Source: Octopus sinensis (Eukaryota). From it: DNA of 64,000 nucleotides. The notes under the pieces are model-generated. The model saw only the letters and a list, made by a program, of their open reading frames with translations, was not told where the DNA came from and did no database searches. Location of the stretch: contig NC_043011.1 of assembly GCF_006345805.1 (NCBI RefSeq), positions 24,130,464 to 24,194,463 of the forward strand, written 5' to 3'. This document shows positions 1-14,009 of the stretch, in pieces. Position 1 is the stretch's first letter. Each line of letters opens with the position of its first letter. The translations under genes and the position numbers were made by a program.

Positions 1-469
1 GTTTGACGTCAAATGTTTTAATTAAAAAATTATATATTTATCACCTTCACTTATGATGAATGGAAGTAGATGAGACTACATTCATCTAATCATTTTGCTT
101 GCATACATTGGTCAATGACAACAGCTCAGAGATATCTACTCACAAGTGAACAAACTTTTGCATTAAAAAGTAACATAGGTTGGTAGGGATGAATTAAGGA
201 AGATTTAGAAAGTAGTTTATATATCAAACTTGAGAATGTCATTCCTCACAGACAGAATATAGACATTGGCAGAAACTATACTGTAGATATGAATGAAGCT
301 CATATCAACATGAAGACTGTCACTATACAGTTTAGATCAAGATGAAGGTTTAAGAATTAAGAGTAAATAATATCTTCCTTGTAAAGTAGCACATTTAAAA
401 AAAAATTAATTAAAAAGCTAGCCTTCCCCTGATTTTCATGAAATCATCATTTAACTTATCTAAATGCAT

Positions 470-2068
470 GATCATCATCGCCATCGTTTAACATCCATTT
501 TCCATGCTGGCATTGGTTGGACTGTTCGGCTGGGGTCTAGGAAGCCAGGAGGCTACACCAGGCTCCAGTCTGATCTGGCAGTGTTTCTACAGCTGGATGC
601 CCTTCCTAACGCCAACCACTCTGAGAGTGTAGTGGGTGATTTTTTACGTGCCACTGGCACAGGGACCAGGCATCAACCAAGATTGGATGGTGCATTTTAC
701 GTGCCACTGGCATGGAAGCCAGTCAAGGAGGCGCTGGCATTGGCCACGTTTGTATGGTGCTTTTTTGATTTTGATGTACTTGACTTAATAGAGCTCCTCA
801 AGCATGGTACTTTTGAGTGGGCTGGTTATGCGACACTGGTGTAGGTTACAGCTGTGAACTCACTTTATTTGCCAGGTCTTCTCAGTCACAGCATATCTCT
901 AGAGGTCTCGGTCTTTTGTTATTGCCTCTGTGAGGCCCAAAGTTCAAAGGTCATGCTTCACCACCTCATCCCATGTCTTCCTGGGTCTCCCTCTACCCCG
1001 GATTCTTCCCTGTTTGGGAGTGGTGTTGCTTCACACAGCTCTTCTCATCAATCCGTAGTACAAGACCATACCAACGTAAACATCTCTCTTGCATGCCACA
1101 TCCAATGCCTCTTATGTCCAAGATTTCTCTCAGGGCACTTACACTCTGTCGTGTGTGCACACTGACATTACACATCCAGCAGATCATGCTAGCTTCATTT
1201 CTTTCAAGCCTACGCATGTCTTCAGCAGTCACAGCCCATGTTTCACTGCCATGAAGCATGGCAGTTTGCACACATGCATTGTACAATCTACCTTTCACTC
1301 TGGGCGAGAGGCTCTTTATCACCAGTAAGGGTAGAAGCTTTCTGAACTTTGCCCAGGCAATTCTTATTCTAGTGGTAACACTCTCTGAGCATCCACCCCC
1401 ACAAGAGACTTGGCCACCTGGGTAGCGGAAGCTATCAACTACTTCTAGTTTCTTCCCTTGGCATGTGATGGAATCTGTTTTATGAGCATCTGTGATGTTT
1501 ATTGCTCCTGTGCATCTGCTGCACACAAAAGCTATCTTCCTGGTTAATCTTCCTTTGATGTTGCTGCACCTCTTATGTGTCTATAGCTTACACTAGGTAC
1601 ATCTTATGGAATTCTTTTCTGGATTGGGCTGCTTCTTGGCATCCTTCTGGCCTAGAGTCTAAAGTCACTAATGAACAGTCTATGCTGGGGGTTACATTCC
1701 TTGCCCGAGAGGGTCTTTGTATTTAAGAGTAGTCCTGCATCCCACTGTCTGGTGAGGACGAAATCAATCCGGTTAGCAGAGTCACCTGATTGATAGGTTA
1801 TCAGGTGGCTGTCTGGTTTCCTGAAGTTAGTGTTGCAGGTTAAAAGGTTACATGCATCACAAAACTCCAGTAGCCTAGTTCCCTCATTGTTTTGGGAACC
1901 AATACCATGGCTCCTGTGTACACCAGTGAAGGTATCAGACTGCTGCCCAACATGCCCATTAAAATCATCAGCCACAAAGATGAGGTCATTGCCACTCCTC
2001 TTTGAAGTAGCCTGTAGAAAGTTATCATAAAAATGGCCCTTCTGATCATTTGGTAGGCCTGCTTGATA
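470..2068 (-). mobile_element. RTE-clade LINE, 5'-truncated, with the RT core deleted
   Basis: ORF 1652-2119 has APE endonuclease motifs (LIFVADDFNGHVG, LLTCNTNFRK, IDFVLTR). ORF 993-1526 has RTE C-terminal motifs (LEVVDSFRYPG, RIRIAWAKF, MLHGSETWAV). The 3' UTR ends in the (GAT)n-type tail near 470. Confidence 0.85.
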
Positions 2069-2078
2069 TGTAAAGATA

Positions 2079-2237
2079 AAAGAATTAGCAACAAAAAAAT
2101 GATACAAGCAAATAATCAAAGAAGATATAGGATCATCATCATCATCGTTTAACGTCCGTTAAATGATGATGATGATCCTATATCTTCTTTGATTATTTGC
2201 ATTTGCTTGTATCATTTTTTTTTTTTGCTAATTCTTT
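2079..2237. repeat. Fold-back inverted repeat with ~75-bp arms and a 2-nt loop
   Basis: aaagaattagc...ggatcatcatcatcatcgtttaacg-tc-cgttaaatgatgatgatgatcc...gctaattcttt. Arms differ only by small indels. Confidence 0.9.
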
Positions 2238-4962
2238 AAGAAAACTATATTTCCATAAGACTTGTTTACAAATTACTTTATAATAGAAAAAAATGTATAA
2301 ATAGTAGGGTAGTTAGAGTATAGAAAACAATTTTTTATTTCCACATCATTGTGCACTGTGTTTAATCTCTAACAAGATAAGCTTTGCCGTTCATCTTCTT
2401 TATAATACCAGTCCAGAATAGTGGATTGGTGGAATTTTTAAAGCATTGGAAAGATGCTCCAGTTTTGTTCTGGCTCTTCAGGTTTCAAGTCCTTGGGTGC
2501 TTATAGCAGAGTTCACACTGTTGCAAGAATTCAAGCCAGGTCTCCAGTTTGCGGGCACCTGCCTCCCCTCTTAGTACCAGAGGCCCTGGAAAAAAAAAAA
2601 GGGTCATGGGTGCTGGTCTTCCCTTCTTAATTAAATGATAAAAACATTCCAGCAGTATGGACAATCAGAGCACTTAAAAGAAATCTCTATAATACAAATG
2701 AAAGAAATAATAATTAAAGAAGAAAGATTTCAATCAGAAGACTCAGTTGATCTGATTGAAAAATATTTTAAAGTTATTTTGCTTTACTTTTGACATTTTC
2801 CTACAAGGGTCATTTCTATTCTCAAAATAGCTTATTAAATTATTTATTGTTGGAGACAGATTATCCTGCAACTAAAAACTACAAAGAAATAAGACAGAAC
2901 AGTAAAATGAGATTATTAGAAACTACTTTATCTGCCCTTGCTGAACTTTAGAGAAAGTTATGCTATTGTAAGGAAAATAGTTCAAATTGACTGAAATGTT
3001 TTAAGAAAATGTTCATAAAATATTTATTGAAAAATTTTAAAAACATTAAGTAAAATAAGACAAAAAATATATCTAATGACAAATATTTGTAGAGTACACA
3101 AACATTCATACATATGTATTGAATTATTTAAATATAGAGCAAGCTGTTACAATGATATTAGCAACAAATAAAAGCATAACACAAATGGCTTTGTGAAATC
3201 AAGGTAAAGTCTGATTCACTTGGATAAACATGAACAGTAGTAATGATAAATGTGAAAGAATTTTAAATGAATATTTTTCTTATAACCTCAGTCTGTTTAT
3301 CTAACATAAACAAGCATGACAGCTTTGAAATGAACTTAATAAAAAGAAGCTTGTCATACATTTTCAAAATTGTAAAACACTAGTGAAGTATCAAAAACAT
3401 ATTCAAATAATACAAGCTGATAAAAAAAATTAAAAGAATAATGTATGCATGTGTGTGTGTGTGTATATGTAAGTATTGATCCTACTCTGATTTGGTGCTT
3501 GTTGATCTCTGCAGATGGAGTGAAAAAAAAAACCCAAATCAAAATAAACACAAACAGGACAAAATGTAAACAGGAAAACACAATAAAATAATAAAAACTA
3601 GTCTCTTGGCTAACAGGATATTTAGATTTAGCAACACAATAGTAAAACAAGCAACCTTTGTCAAAGCTGCTACAGCTGTATGCTACTAGGTTCAAACCAG
3701 GTTATTGAAATGGTAACTTCAGTCAAGAATAGTATTTCCCATTTTGATTAACAACAACAAAGTTTGAGAGACATAATTTTTCACCTCTTTGGAAAAGATA
3801 CAAGGAACCAAAGAATTTGAAGAAGAAGAAAGCTATTCGTTAAGAGACTATACATTTGAAAGATGAAGCAAAATTGTTTCCCTGAATCCTAGTGATCCAC
3901 AGAACCAGTGCTGATAATTTTCAGCATCTGTAGCATTAAGTAAATGAGACAGATCTAGAAGTGATCATTTCCTATCCATTCTAAGACTGATGTGTCATGA
4001 CATTTTTACAATCTACTTTCTCTTTCTGATATTGGTTGGCACTATGATTAACAAATCACTTGTCAGTCCTACACTGCTTCCACTAACGACAGCAGTGGAT
4101 TACGTCATTGGCAGTATTTACGTAGAGCAAGGTGAACTTAACTATTGAGAATTAAAGGTCTTAATTATGGAAAAATATAGTGCCAATGACAGGATATGAA
4201 ACATCTGACATCTTGGTTAATTGCTTTCTACCTTTTCACATTCCTGAACTATCATTTTGAAAGACAGCTTTAGAGTATATTAGAAATAGAACATGAAATA
4301 TAATACACAAAGTTGATATGATAGTTTCAATTATTATAGTTCATAACAAAATTTGCACACAGCAGAGTAATAAACTTGATAATTAATCTAAAAATGAACC
4401 CATTAAAACATGAGTAATTTTTTTTCTCAAAATTTTTAGATCCATTCTTTGAAAATTGTTTTAAAGGAGAAAAAGGAATGTTTTGAAAAACAGTATTGGT
4501 TTAGTTGTCTTTTTTTATGTTATTTATTTGCTTGTCGGTTTTGTTTAATCACTTGCAATCCCAGTTCAAGGGCCTTTCAAATCTTCCATTATTGCTAGCT
4601 ACTTAGCTTTAATTATGTGCTTTCTATTTTAATGAGTAGGAAAAGAAAAAAAGAAAACCAACTTAACAATAGGAAGCATCAGTTGCAAGGGTAAATCTAT
4701 AACATAGTCACTGTCATTTTATTAGAAACTTAATACATAGAAAGCCATGAACATCACCATTTCTCATCTGTTGAAGTGTCAGGTATAGATTTACAATTTA
4801 CTTTCCAACTTTAGCTGGATGTCTCTGCAATGCAGATGTGTGCACACATGTGCAAGTATATATGTATGTATATAATATATATCTTGTATTAGTTTCAGTT
4901 ATTGTATTGTAGCCATTCAAGAATGTAGTCAATTATATCAATACAAGTACTTGGCTCTTTTG

Positions 4963-4971
4963 GGAGAGGGA

Positions 4972-5028
<57 letters not shown>
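4963..5028. repeat. (GA)n microsatellite
   Basis: Direct inspection. Confidence 0.95.
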
Positions 5029-5032
<4 letters not shown>

Positions 5033-5247
5033 AGCAAACGTGAAAATCCAAGCATCTACAGAATGAAACAACTGAACACAGAATCTACAATACTGGGTAC
5101 TTCTTTCCTTGTTTGTATTTCTAATCAACAGATGTCACACACTTTTTCTTTGCAGTCATGAAGCTACATCCATGACTCAAGTACTCTGGCACTTGAGCTG
5201 AAACTCTAGGCTCTTGATTCACTGATGTAGCTTCATGGCTATAAATA

Positions 5248-5287
<40 letters not shown>

Positions 5288-5617
5288 TATGTATTGAGTT
5301 CTATCTCTTTTGCTTGTGTAAGACACACACATGTGTGTGTAATCCCTCGACAGCTTACCAACCCCCTCACCCTGAATTGCTATCAAATACAATGCAAGAC
5401 CCTTGAGAAACACTCAACCTGATATGATATAGATCAATATGTTCAGTTCACATGAATTTCTTTAATAGCTAGAGAATTGTGTGGTGCCAAATCAGGGGTG
5501 ATAAATTGGTTTAAAGAAATATCTTAGTAAGAACAAATATGTTACCCTAATCTGGAACATATCCCAACAGCATACAAACTAGATTGTTTCTTTAGATATT
5601 TTATGAAAGAAAACAAA

Positions 5618-5622
<5 letters not shown>

Positions 5623-5649
<27 letters not shown>

Positions 5650-5675
5650 AAATATATATATATACACACACACAC
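5623..5675. repeat. Compound (CT)n-(AT)n-(AC)n microsatellite
   Basis: Direct inspection. Confidence 0.9.
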
Positions 5676-7499
5676 GTATGTTTAGTTGCCAATGATCAGC
5701 AAATATATCAATGAAAATAGTTAAAACATAAAATGAATAAATGTTGATTGATTGATGAAAATATTTTGGTGAAATCACATTCTGCAGCCACTGAGAAAGC
5801 TGTGTGAATAAATGGTTAATGATTGCCACTGAATTCATATAAGAATCACATAGAAGTAGGGTAAAACAAGAATCATGATCATCAGCGCAATCTTAGTTTC
5901 AAATCTAATTAACTGAAAATGTAAACAAGATTAAACTAATTTTCTTTAATAACATATATAAATCAATAAGAGGCTCATTATTGGATTTTTTCTCTAACCT
6001 TTCTTGAGGCAGATAGTATAATCAATAGAGGATCATCTTTATTTTGAAATGACAATATGCAGATATAAAAAGAAAATTTAAATAGCATCATATTATGGTT
6101 CTGGTATATATCCAAAGAACCACTGAAGACTTGATTCTAAAATTTTCGAAAATCTAAAGTAAAAAAATCTCAATCACCTAAATATAAATATGTATATAGG
6201 TTATGAAAGATTTATTGTAAATACATTTTATATAAACTTTCATATATGCATATCTTTTGATACTTTTAACTTCATATAGTTTCTACCTATGGCTAATAGT
6301 CTGAGCAGTATCACCAAACTATAGCCTCAGGTCTAAATGTCACATTCAAATCTCCCAACATGATATAAGATATACATAGAACTACTTATAGTCAAATTTA
6401 TGTTTATACAAATTTACACCAACATACTAAAATAATTGTACATAATTGGTATAATATTTAAAATTTTCAATGCAAACACTGTAGCCAAATATTTTGTTTG
6501 AACTGTGCTATATCTCAGTTGATATTTCTGGCTATCAGATGTAAAATACATTCACAGGAAATTTATATAAAAGCACTTTGATTTTCATCCGTGCTAGCAT
6601 AAGTGTCAAATTTTATCTGTACACATACAGCTCCACAGAAGCTGCTTATGAAGTTAAATGATCTGACTCATTGGTAATGTTTACCATCAAAAAAAAAAAA
6701 AAAAAAAACTACATAGATTCGTTTCTTGGTGAGCAACTTACCAGAAACTTCTTATTTACTCACTTGATAGGACTACCTTCAGCAAGCTTATTTAGTAACC
6801 TCACACATTCATTGACAAAGCATATTAGAAACAAGACTTCATTGCAAATAAATAAACACTACAGCTTTCAGTATCAGTAGTGCTCTAAGAAGTTGAGATA
6901 CAAATACATTTCATGGAGCACTGCACTCGCATTTAAAATGGCTCACTGATTTCATTTACAATTTTCTTTTTAGTAAATTGTATATTGTTAGAAGAGGAGA
7001 TCTGCATATAGTCTTTTGACATACTAAAAATAGCAACCAAATCTCTAAAATCACATCATACCACCTTAAAAAAGTATGTATTGGATAATGTAATCTTCAA
7101 TGTACTATGACAAACATAAATGGGATGGTCATAGCTGGAAAATTTGATTATAGGTCTTCTCAATTAGAGTTTAATTGAAGTTAAACATCTTTTTTTTGCA
7201 GTAAATCTTTTAATCCAACCACTTGTCATGTTACCTTCTCTCTTTTCCTTCTAACATTAGAACTCTAAGAATATGCCAATCTTGCCCAAGAAAAGAAATG
7301 CTACTCCTTAAGAAATTATGATCATATTTACCACATCCCACTTGGCCATAAACAACTCACAACTGGAGCTCTGACAATCACTTGAAATGTTATGTTTCAG
7401 TATCACCAAGGACCTCACCAGTCAAAAACATTCTTAACAAAGGCAAAACCACATTCCAACAATTAATCCTTTTCTTTGAGGTTAGAAGATACTTCAACT

Positions 7500-8200
7500 C
7501 CTAATAATTATTGATTCTGTACAAAGCTTAGGTGAGGTCAATGGATTATTGCTCTCACACCTGAGACAGAGCTGCTACTGCTGCACATACAGACATCTAA
7601 GGCTGCATCCAAAATGGGATTATCTAACTAACTTGCATAAGGCCACTCAGACGTGTTCCAGCCTCTAGCTCACAGATACTCTGTCTTCTCTCTCTACCTT
7701 TTCTACTGTTACTATACTGGCTGCTGCTTACTGGAGCCTACTGGGCTCATACAACCTCCACTCAGACATTCTAACCCACTCTAACTTTTTTTGTCTAATC
7801 CAGCCCTTCCAGGTCTTGCACTAATTGTTACTAGTTTGTCCTTCCCAGAATATCAACCCCCTAGAATTCCCTTCTTGCCCATGTTTTTCCTACAGGTGTT
7901 GACATGCAATGATTCAATAGGAACATTAATGGCATTAATCTTACTGGCCAAAGACAGTCTGACGCATCCTCAAAAACCAGTAAGTAAAAGTAAAAATCAA
8001 TCTACTGAAACATACTCATGTCTTCTCACTACTCATTAACCCATGCACTGTATATTCCAGCTAAATACTAACCCTACCAACTATTACAAACACTGCTGCT
8101 TCCTCAAACTCCATATGTCAAATTCATACTTTCACCGCTTCTTATCCATTAGTACTACTAACAAAGCTATATCCTATTGATTTGAACACAAACTCATATA
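7500..8200 (+). mobile_element. Degraded CR1/L2-type LINE 3' fragments
   Basis: 7570-7940 is collinear with the reverse complement of the LINE at 55400-55750 (gctgctactgctgcacatacagacat; tacaggtgttgac). A decayed INLLKH..F..L...LY-like segment lies near 8000-8060. Confidence 0.5.
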
Positions 8201-11200
8201 TGCCTATATTTCTTCAACTATAGTTATAACATTGCATGTATAGTTAAGTGCCTCTTAACTGATTTTAGAGGATCTTCCAACTTTCTACTTTTTTATTGAA
8301 AGGAGTGTTTTTGTAGCAGTTCTGCAACTGAAGCTGTCACTTTTCCATCTTATTTCATCTTCAGCAACATTTAATATATCCTCACTAACCTGCCCAATTC
8401 CTTCAACCACAGAGTGCAACAAACATTTTCTTCTTGATAAATTAATGGACTGATAGTATTGAAGCCAAACAATGTGCTCACAAATTACAATTGGTTTCTT
8501 TTTTAAGCTATTCACATGATATCTCCAACACCTAACAAAAACGAAATATCTCCTGCTCCTAACTACACACACACACACATGTAATGGACTTTTTATTGTT
8601 CAATTGCTCTTATTCAGTAACATTTCAATGCACTAAAAACAATTATCCATCAGCACTTTCTGAAACATTCTAAATATCTAGTCTATCAGCTCAAAATAAC
8701 AAGTATAACTTCTCTAAACAATCTTCAGATAAATTCTGAAATCATACATTGATGATACCAACTGTAGAAAACACTGACTGTCATTCTTCACATACATTTA
8801 AAAAAAAGTGAAAAAAATAGAACTAGGAAATTGGTGAGCGAAACTGCCTAATATATGCATTTTATTCTAAGTGTTAGAGGTTTTCTCACAAGCTGCACCA
8901 CAGTTACAGTAACAGGCTACACTGTACTAAAGTAATAATTTAGTGTTAATCTATTTTCAGTCTTATTATGATCTCATCAGCAAAACATAACCTTACTGTG
9001 CATGTTAAAGTAGTAATGAAAGAATCACTAAGTAAATGTACAAGATTGTATGTTGACTAACATTGAAAAGTAGAAGTTTTGAGAAGAAAGGATTCAGAGG
9101 CATGAAAATAAGGCATTAAATTTTTTTTCATGCAGAGAGAGGGAAACCTTGAATCATTTATTCTCAAATTTTACTCTTTATTTCAAGACTGAAGCCTTTC
9201 CTACCATCATCACAACAATTTGTGTGCTTCTTCTGTTGCTGATTTCATTATTCAAAGCCATTATTTGAACCTCCCTTTTTTCAGTAGGAAATGAGCTCTA
9301 AATTAGCAAGTGGCTTTGATTTAATCTATTTCATTATTATTAACAATTAAACAACCTCACATTAGTTCACTATCTTCATCTACTCTAAGTTACTTAGTAC
9401 AGTCTTTCTTCTATGGATCAATAGAAGCATACATAACCAAACAATGCACATAATGAACTTGAAAGGCAAAAATTCTTGAAATGCAAAAACTAAAGGCTGA
9501 AAATCTAATACCTAAGTGATATAGTAAGAACGAAGCAAAGGACAATTCAACCCTCATTGCCCTGCTAGGTGAATACTTGCAGAAGATATGGAAGGCGTTT
9601 TCAACACCATGATGGTTTAAGTCACTGCCACCAGAAGAGGTTGGAATATCTTTAAGTAGTTCCTGCTGTTTCTGTGTGGGACAAAACATCTTGGATTTCA
9701 CATCTATTCAACTTACAAAGCCCAAAATGGAACTGTTGAATAACAAGATGACTGTTATTAAACATTTTGGCTGACAAGTGTATTATAATTAGTTTATTTT
9801 ATATCTTAAAATAAAATGGTCATGACTGTTACTCTTAGATCATATTTTTCTTTTACCTGATATAAAATCCAAAAATAAAAATTTCAAATGTAACATAACA
9901 AAGAAAATGCTTTCAGATAGATCACAACCCAGTTCATGTACTGCATAATCAAGTCTTTCAGTACTTCATAGTACTCGTGATCAAAATATTATTTAGTATT
10001 TTTTTTGTGTGTTAAAACACATTTTGTATAGTTTTCGATGGTAATACTTTAAAAAGATAAAATTATGAATGGGTTGCATGATAAGTAATGGAGAGATGTA
10101 ACAATAACTATGCAGGAAGTCTTTGAATAAAAGGTGCTATAATAAAATTAAAATATTAAATCCATAGCTGACATTTCCCTTAGGGGTTTTCAAAAGGAAT
10201 TTGGAGCTATAGTGATATAAACTTATTTCTTTCGCAAAATCTGATTGAAATTAGCTTGGATTGTCATACTGATACAAGCAAGAGCTTTTACAAATTCTAC
10301 AGCTAAAAATATCAATTGAAAAAGATAAAGAGTAATAATATTTTAAGCACACTTTCATTTATTTAAACAAAATAGTATTAAAAATTTAGTATGATGTTTC
10401 TGAAGATATTTTATAGAATACTGATTTGTGACTATCACTTATGCTCCACAAGAGAATTTGTCTGATTTATTTTTAAAGTCATACAGTTATATTTTAATCA
10501 TTCTTGATCTGGCTCATTTTGCAATCTTTCCAGTGAATAGATTGATAGTGTTAAGTATGAAATGAAATGTCAAGCTGTGTCTCATAAATAATTGAAATCA
10601 CACTGACTTGTGTTAATTCTGAGAAACAGAATAGGAAAAGTCTAGGTGGTCACACTGAAAAAGTTAAAAGTAATTTCATTCTTAGATGCAAATCCTTTTA
10701 TAAAAGCAGAGGTGAAATGTAGTTGATTTAACCTAAGTATATTTAATCAAACTCGGAGAGATGAACAGCAAAACAACCACAATGGAACTTGAATCGAAAA
10801 GTGTAAGCTATTGAGGCATCTTAACTGACCACTATCTACACCAATACCTCCGCTATACTTTAATCAGTAAAACTAGTAACAAAGAAGCCTATAGAGATTG
10901 TAAGATACCACTCTAGTAAATTGCCACAAAATATAAATAAGTAGCTAGATAATCATTATTTAGGTTTGGTTATAAAATAATCAAAGGAGAATGTATAGCT
11001 ATCAAACAGGGTGGAAGATTGCAAGTACTTTCAGAATGTAACAATTAAACAGTGTATATAAATCAAAACTATAAATACCAAATGTTTAGTAATAGTAACA
11101 TGAACTTGACTTTCATTCAGCAGTTTGAGAAGTTCATGTACTTCTCAAATAAAATTAGAATACAAATTTAAGTGTTATATTCATAAATAGTTACAATATG

Positions 11201-12299
11201 AAAGAAGATTAAATAATGTGGCTATATATTATATGTAATTTAGTAATATCAAAACCTGTTACTTTTTATTATATCATTCTTTAATATGGTATGATTTATC
11301 TCAAATGAATATCTCTGGGTTTTAAAAACAAAAAAGTTGGCATGAAAAGAAAAAGAACTATCAACTTCAAAAAATATAACAGGTGGGAAACCAAAAAGTA
11401 AGAATGTAAAATTAAAATTTCAGAGACTCAACACAAAGATAAATGAACATTTCCATATTTCTTGGTATCAGAAATGCATTCTAATTTTGAGCAAAAGATA
11501 ATTTTAAAAACAAAGACTCAGCCCATTCACTTACTTTGCTAAGATGTTTTCTTAGTGCCTTAGCAACAGATCCTGTTATCAGTTATGGTCTGCAATTTTT
11601 TACCTTTTCTTTTACAATACAGAGACATAAGTTTAGCAAAGATAACCTTTTGCTGGGGTTAAAAGTGGCTAGTGAATAATGTAACCATCCTCTAGATCAC
11701 ACAAAAAATTTTCAAGACTTGGGAAACTATAATACCCATGACACCACAAAATATAGCAAATACTGATAATTAATATAAAACTTGCTTTTTTTTTCCACAA
11801 CCTTGTTACATGCCTTACCTGATCAGAAGTTGCTTTTGTTTGCATATACATATACTAAAAGAGAAAAGACCATGTTTAAGCCAAAGATATTATAGAACCA
11901 CAAAGTAAGTTAATAAAAATCCCATACTGCTAGAAGTGATCAGCAAGACAATATTGTAAAAACAACTTAGTGTTTCTTAGACACATGTCATGTAATTGGG
12001 ATGCTCTGAAAACAACCCAGTAGAAAAAGAAAACTTTTGAAATCCCTTTTTCTGTAGACTGCAGAATGCAAAAGTATTAAAAGCACAAAAGGGCATTCTA
12101 TCAACTATTATAGAAATCTGATTGCATTTTATGGCAGCCTGATACTACAGGAGGAAGGGACTACTTGATATACCCTTGTAACTTATATAATTTACAGAAT
12201 CAAAACATCATACTAAATTTTGTAATTTTTTTCACATTTTCAATATTAGATGGTGACATTATGGTAATTAGAATTGATAATTTACAATCACATAAGTAT

Positions 12300-12960
12300 A
12301 TCATCATCATTTGGTGCCTGTTCTCCATGCTGGCAGGGGTTGATTGGGTTGTTGCAGACTCAGTCTTTATATGGAGTAACTGACTTCTTAGATGTGTCAG
12401 GAGACCACATCACACTCATACATTTTCTTTGCTATTGTTTCTACAGTTGGATACCCTTCCTAACACCAACCACTTCAGAGTATATTAAGTTCACTTTATC
12501 TTGCAGCCAGCACTAGTAAGGTTACTTTGTACCTAGCAAGACAAAAGAGATTCTCACACTGTATAGTGCCCCTGTTTAATTGGGACAAGAGGACCAATAA
12601 GGTATGTAGGAGAAGGGATTACATTTATTCAGGGCAATGTGGCCAAGAGAGTGTGGAAGAGACAGGGTGACTGCAGAAGGTAAATCTAAGGTGAAAGGGA
12701 GAATATGGCAGGGAAAAGTGTGGAAGAAGAGAGAAAATGGAAAAGACAGTGCTACAGGGAGCAGCAATAAAAGAGGGACAGTACTGGCAGGGTGTTATGA
12801 GGGAAACATGAGTTGCAAAGCAAACTAGGAAAGTGATGGATAGTTGTAGAAGTGGTCAGTGGTAAGAGCATGATGGATGTTAATGAAAAGTGATCTGTGG
12901 GGAGAGAATGGGAGTTGCAGTTAGCAGTATGCAAAGGTAGGTAGTTGCACAATGCAAGGC
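12300..12960 (-). mobile_element. Old RTE 3' end with long pyrimidine-rich 3' UTR
   Basis: Starts with atcatcatcat...ccatgctggca...cccttcctaacaccaaccac, the same tail as at 470 and 26320, followed by a purine-skewed tract on + strand. Confidence 0.45.
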
Positions 12961-13092
12961 ATTTCTGATAGCTAAATGTTTGCTAGTAGAAAAGTGATAG
13001 TAGGTGGGTATTAGATACCGTTAGATCTGATGCAATTTTTATTTGATACTCAGTGATGAGAAAAAGAGACACAAAGATAGCTACATATTTGC

Positions 13093-13128
<36 letters not shown>

Positions 13129-14009
13129 CAGCATATCTGCTGCAACCTCTCATTATGCAGGCATTGTGATTTGAGAGTAAGATGAGTGGTGAGATACATG
13201 AGGTGGTTGGGGGGGTGAATATGGATAGATCTAACATCATCTTTGTCTCTCATTTCATATATGGCATAAATACAATTGTAAAATTTCAATAATTTCCAGT
13301 AAAACTGATAATAGATTTGCTATACAATAACCCTAGGCTCAAATCTTACAGGCTAATGGAGAAGATGTGGTTACCAACAATAACATTATCCAACTCTTAT
13401 AACAGAAATAGTAATTCAGGGATTCTGCTCCAATATGGAAACAATGAATCAACATTCAGCTAAATAAGGAAAGCAAACTAAATTCCCAAAAAATAAAAGA
13501 AATACATTTAGAATTTTTATTACACAAACTTTTTTTTTTTTTCATATATAAAGAAGTTAGAAATTATCAATTTTAACATTCTGCAACTAAGATAAATTTA
13601 ATATTCAAATAATCAAGATTACTAGTAATGTTTTAAGAACACACCAGTTATGTTTAAAGAAAAAAAAAATTATATTCAGGTCACTTGATAAGTCTGGAAT
13701 TAATAGTGAAACTATGCAGTATTTAGTGAATGGAAATTAATTAGTGAAAAGTAAGGGAAGTACTTAATATAATAACCAGTCAAATGGAAAAAAAAAGTTA
13801 AAAAGGTGAACTGAAATTTTCTTGTTATACAAGTACTTGCTTCTCAATCAACTAGAAACCAACTAAAAATTTCAGTAGACAGAAAAAAAATCAATATAGC
13901 TAAAAAGGCAAGTAAATGATTTTTAGATAATTAAATTGTTTACTTAATCAAAGTAGAATGGACTGACTGGTTGAGGATAAATCAGTAATTAATTACCATT
14001 AAAATATTG

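Noticed and set aside
464-1328. + strand ORFs 464-844, 854-1165, 973-1254 and 1089-1328
   Set aside because: They are antisense shadows of the GC-richer RTE LINE and its UTR.
7896-7979. 84-nt + strand exon-like segment (cctacag|...cca|gtaagt) with one open frame
   Set aside because: The acceptor is part of the CR1/L2 3' end, homologous to ccatgtaggtgttgac near 55425. It is most simply LINE sequence, and exonisation cannot be supported without RNA data.
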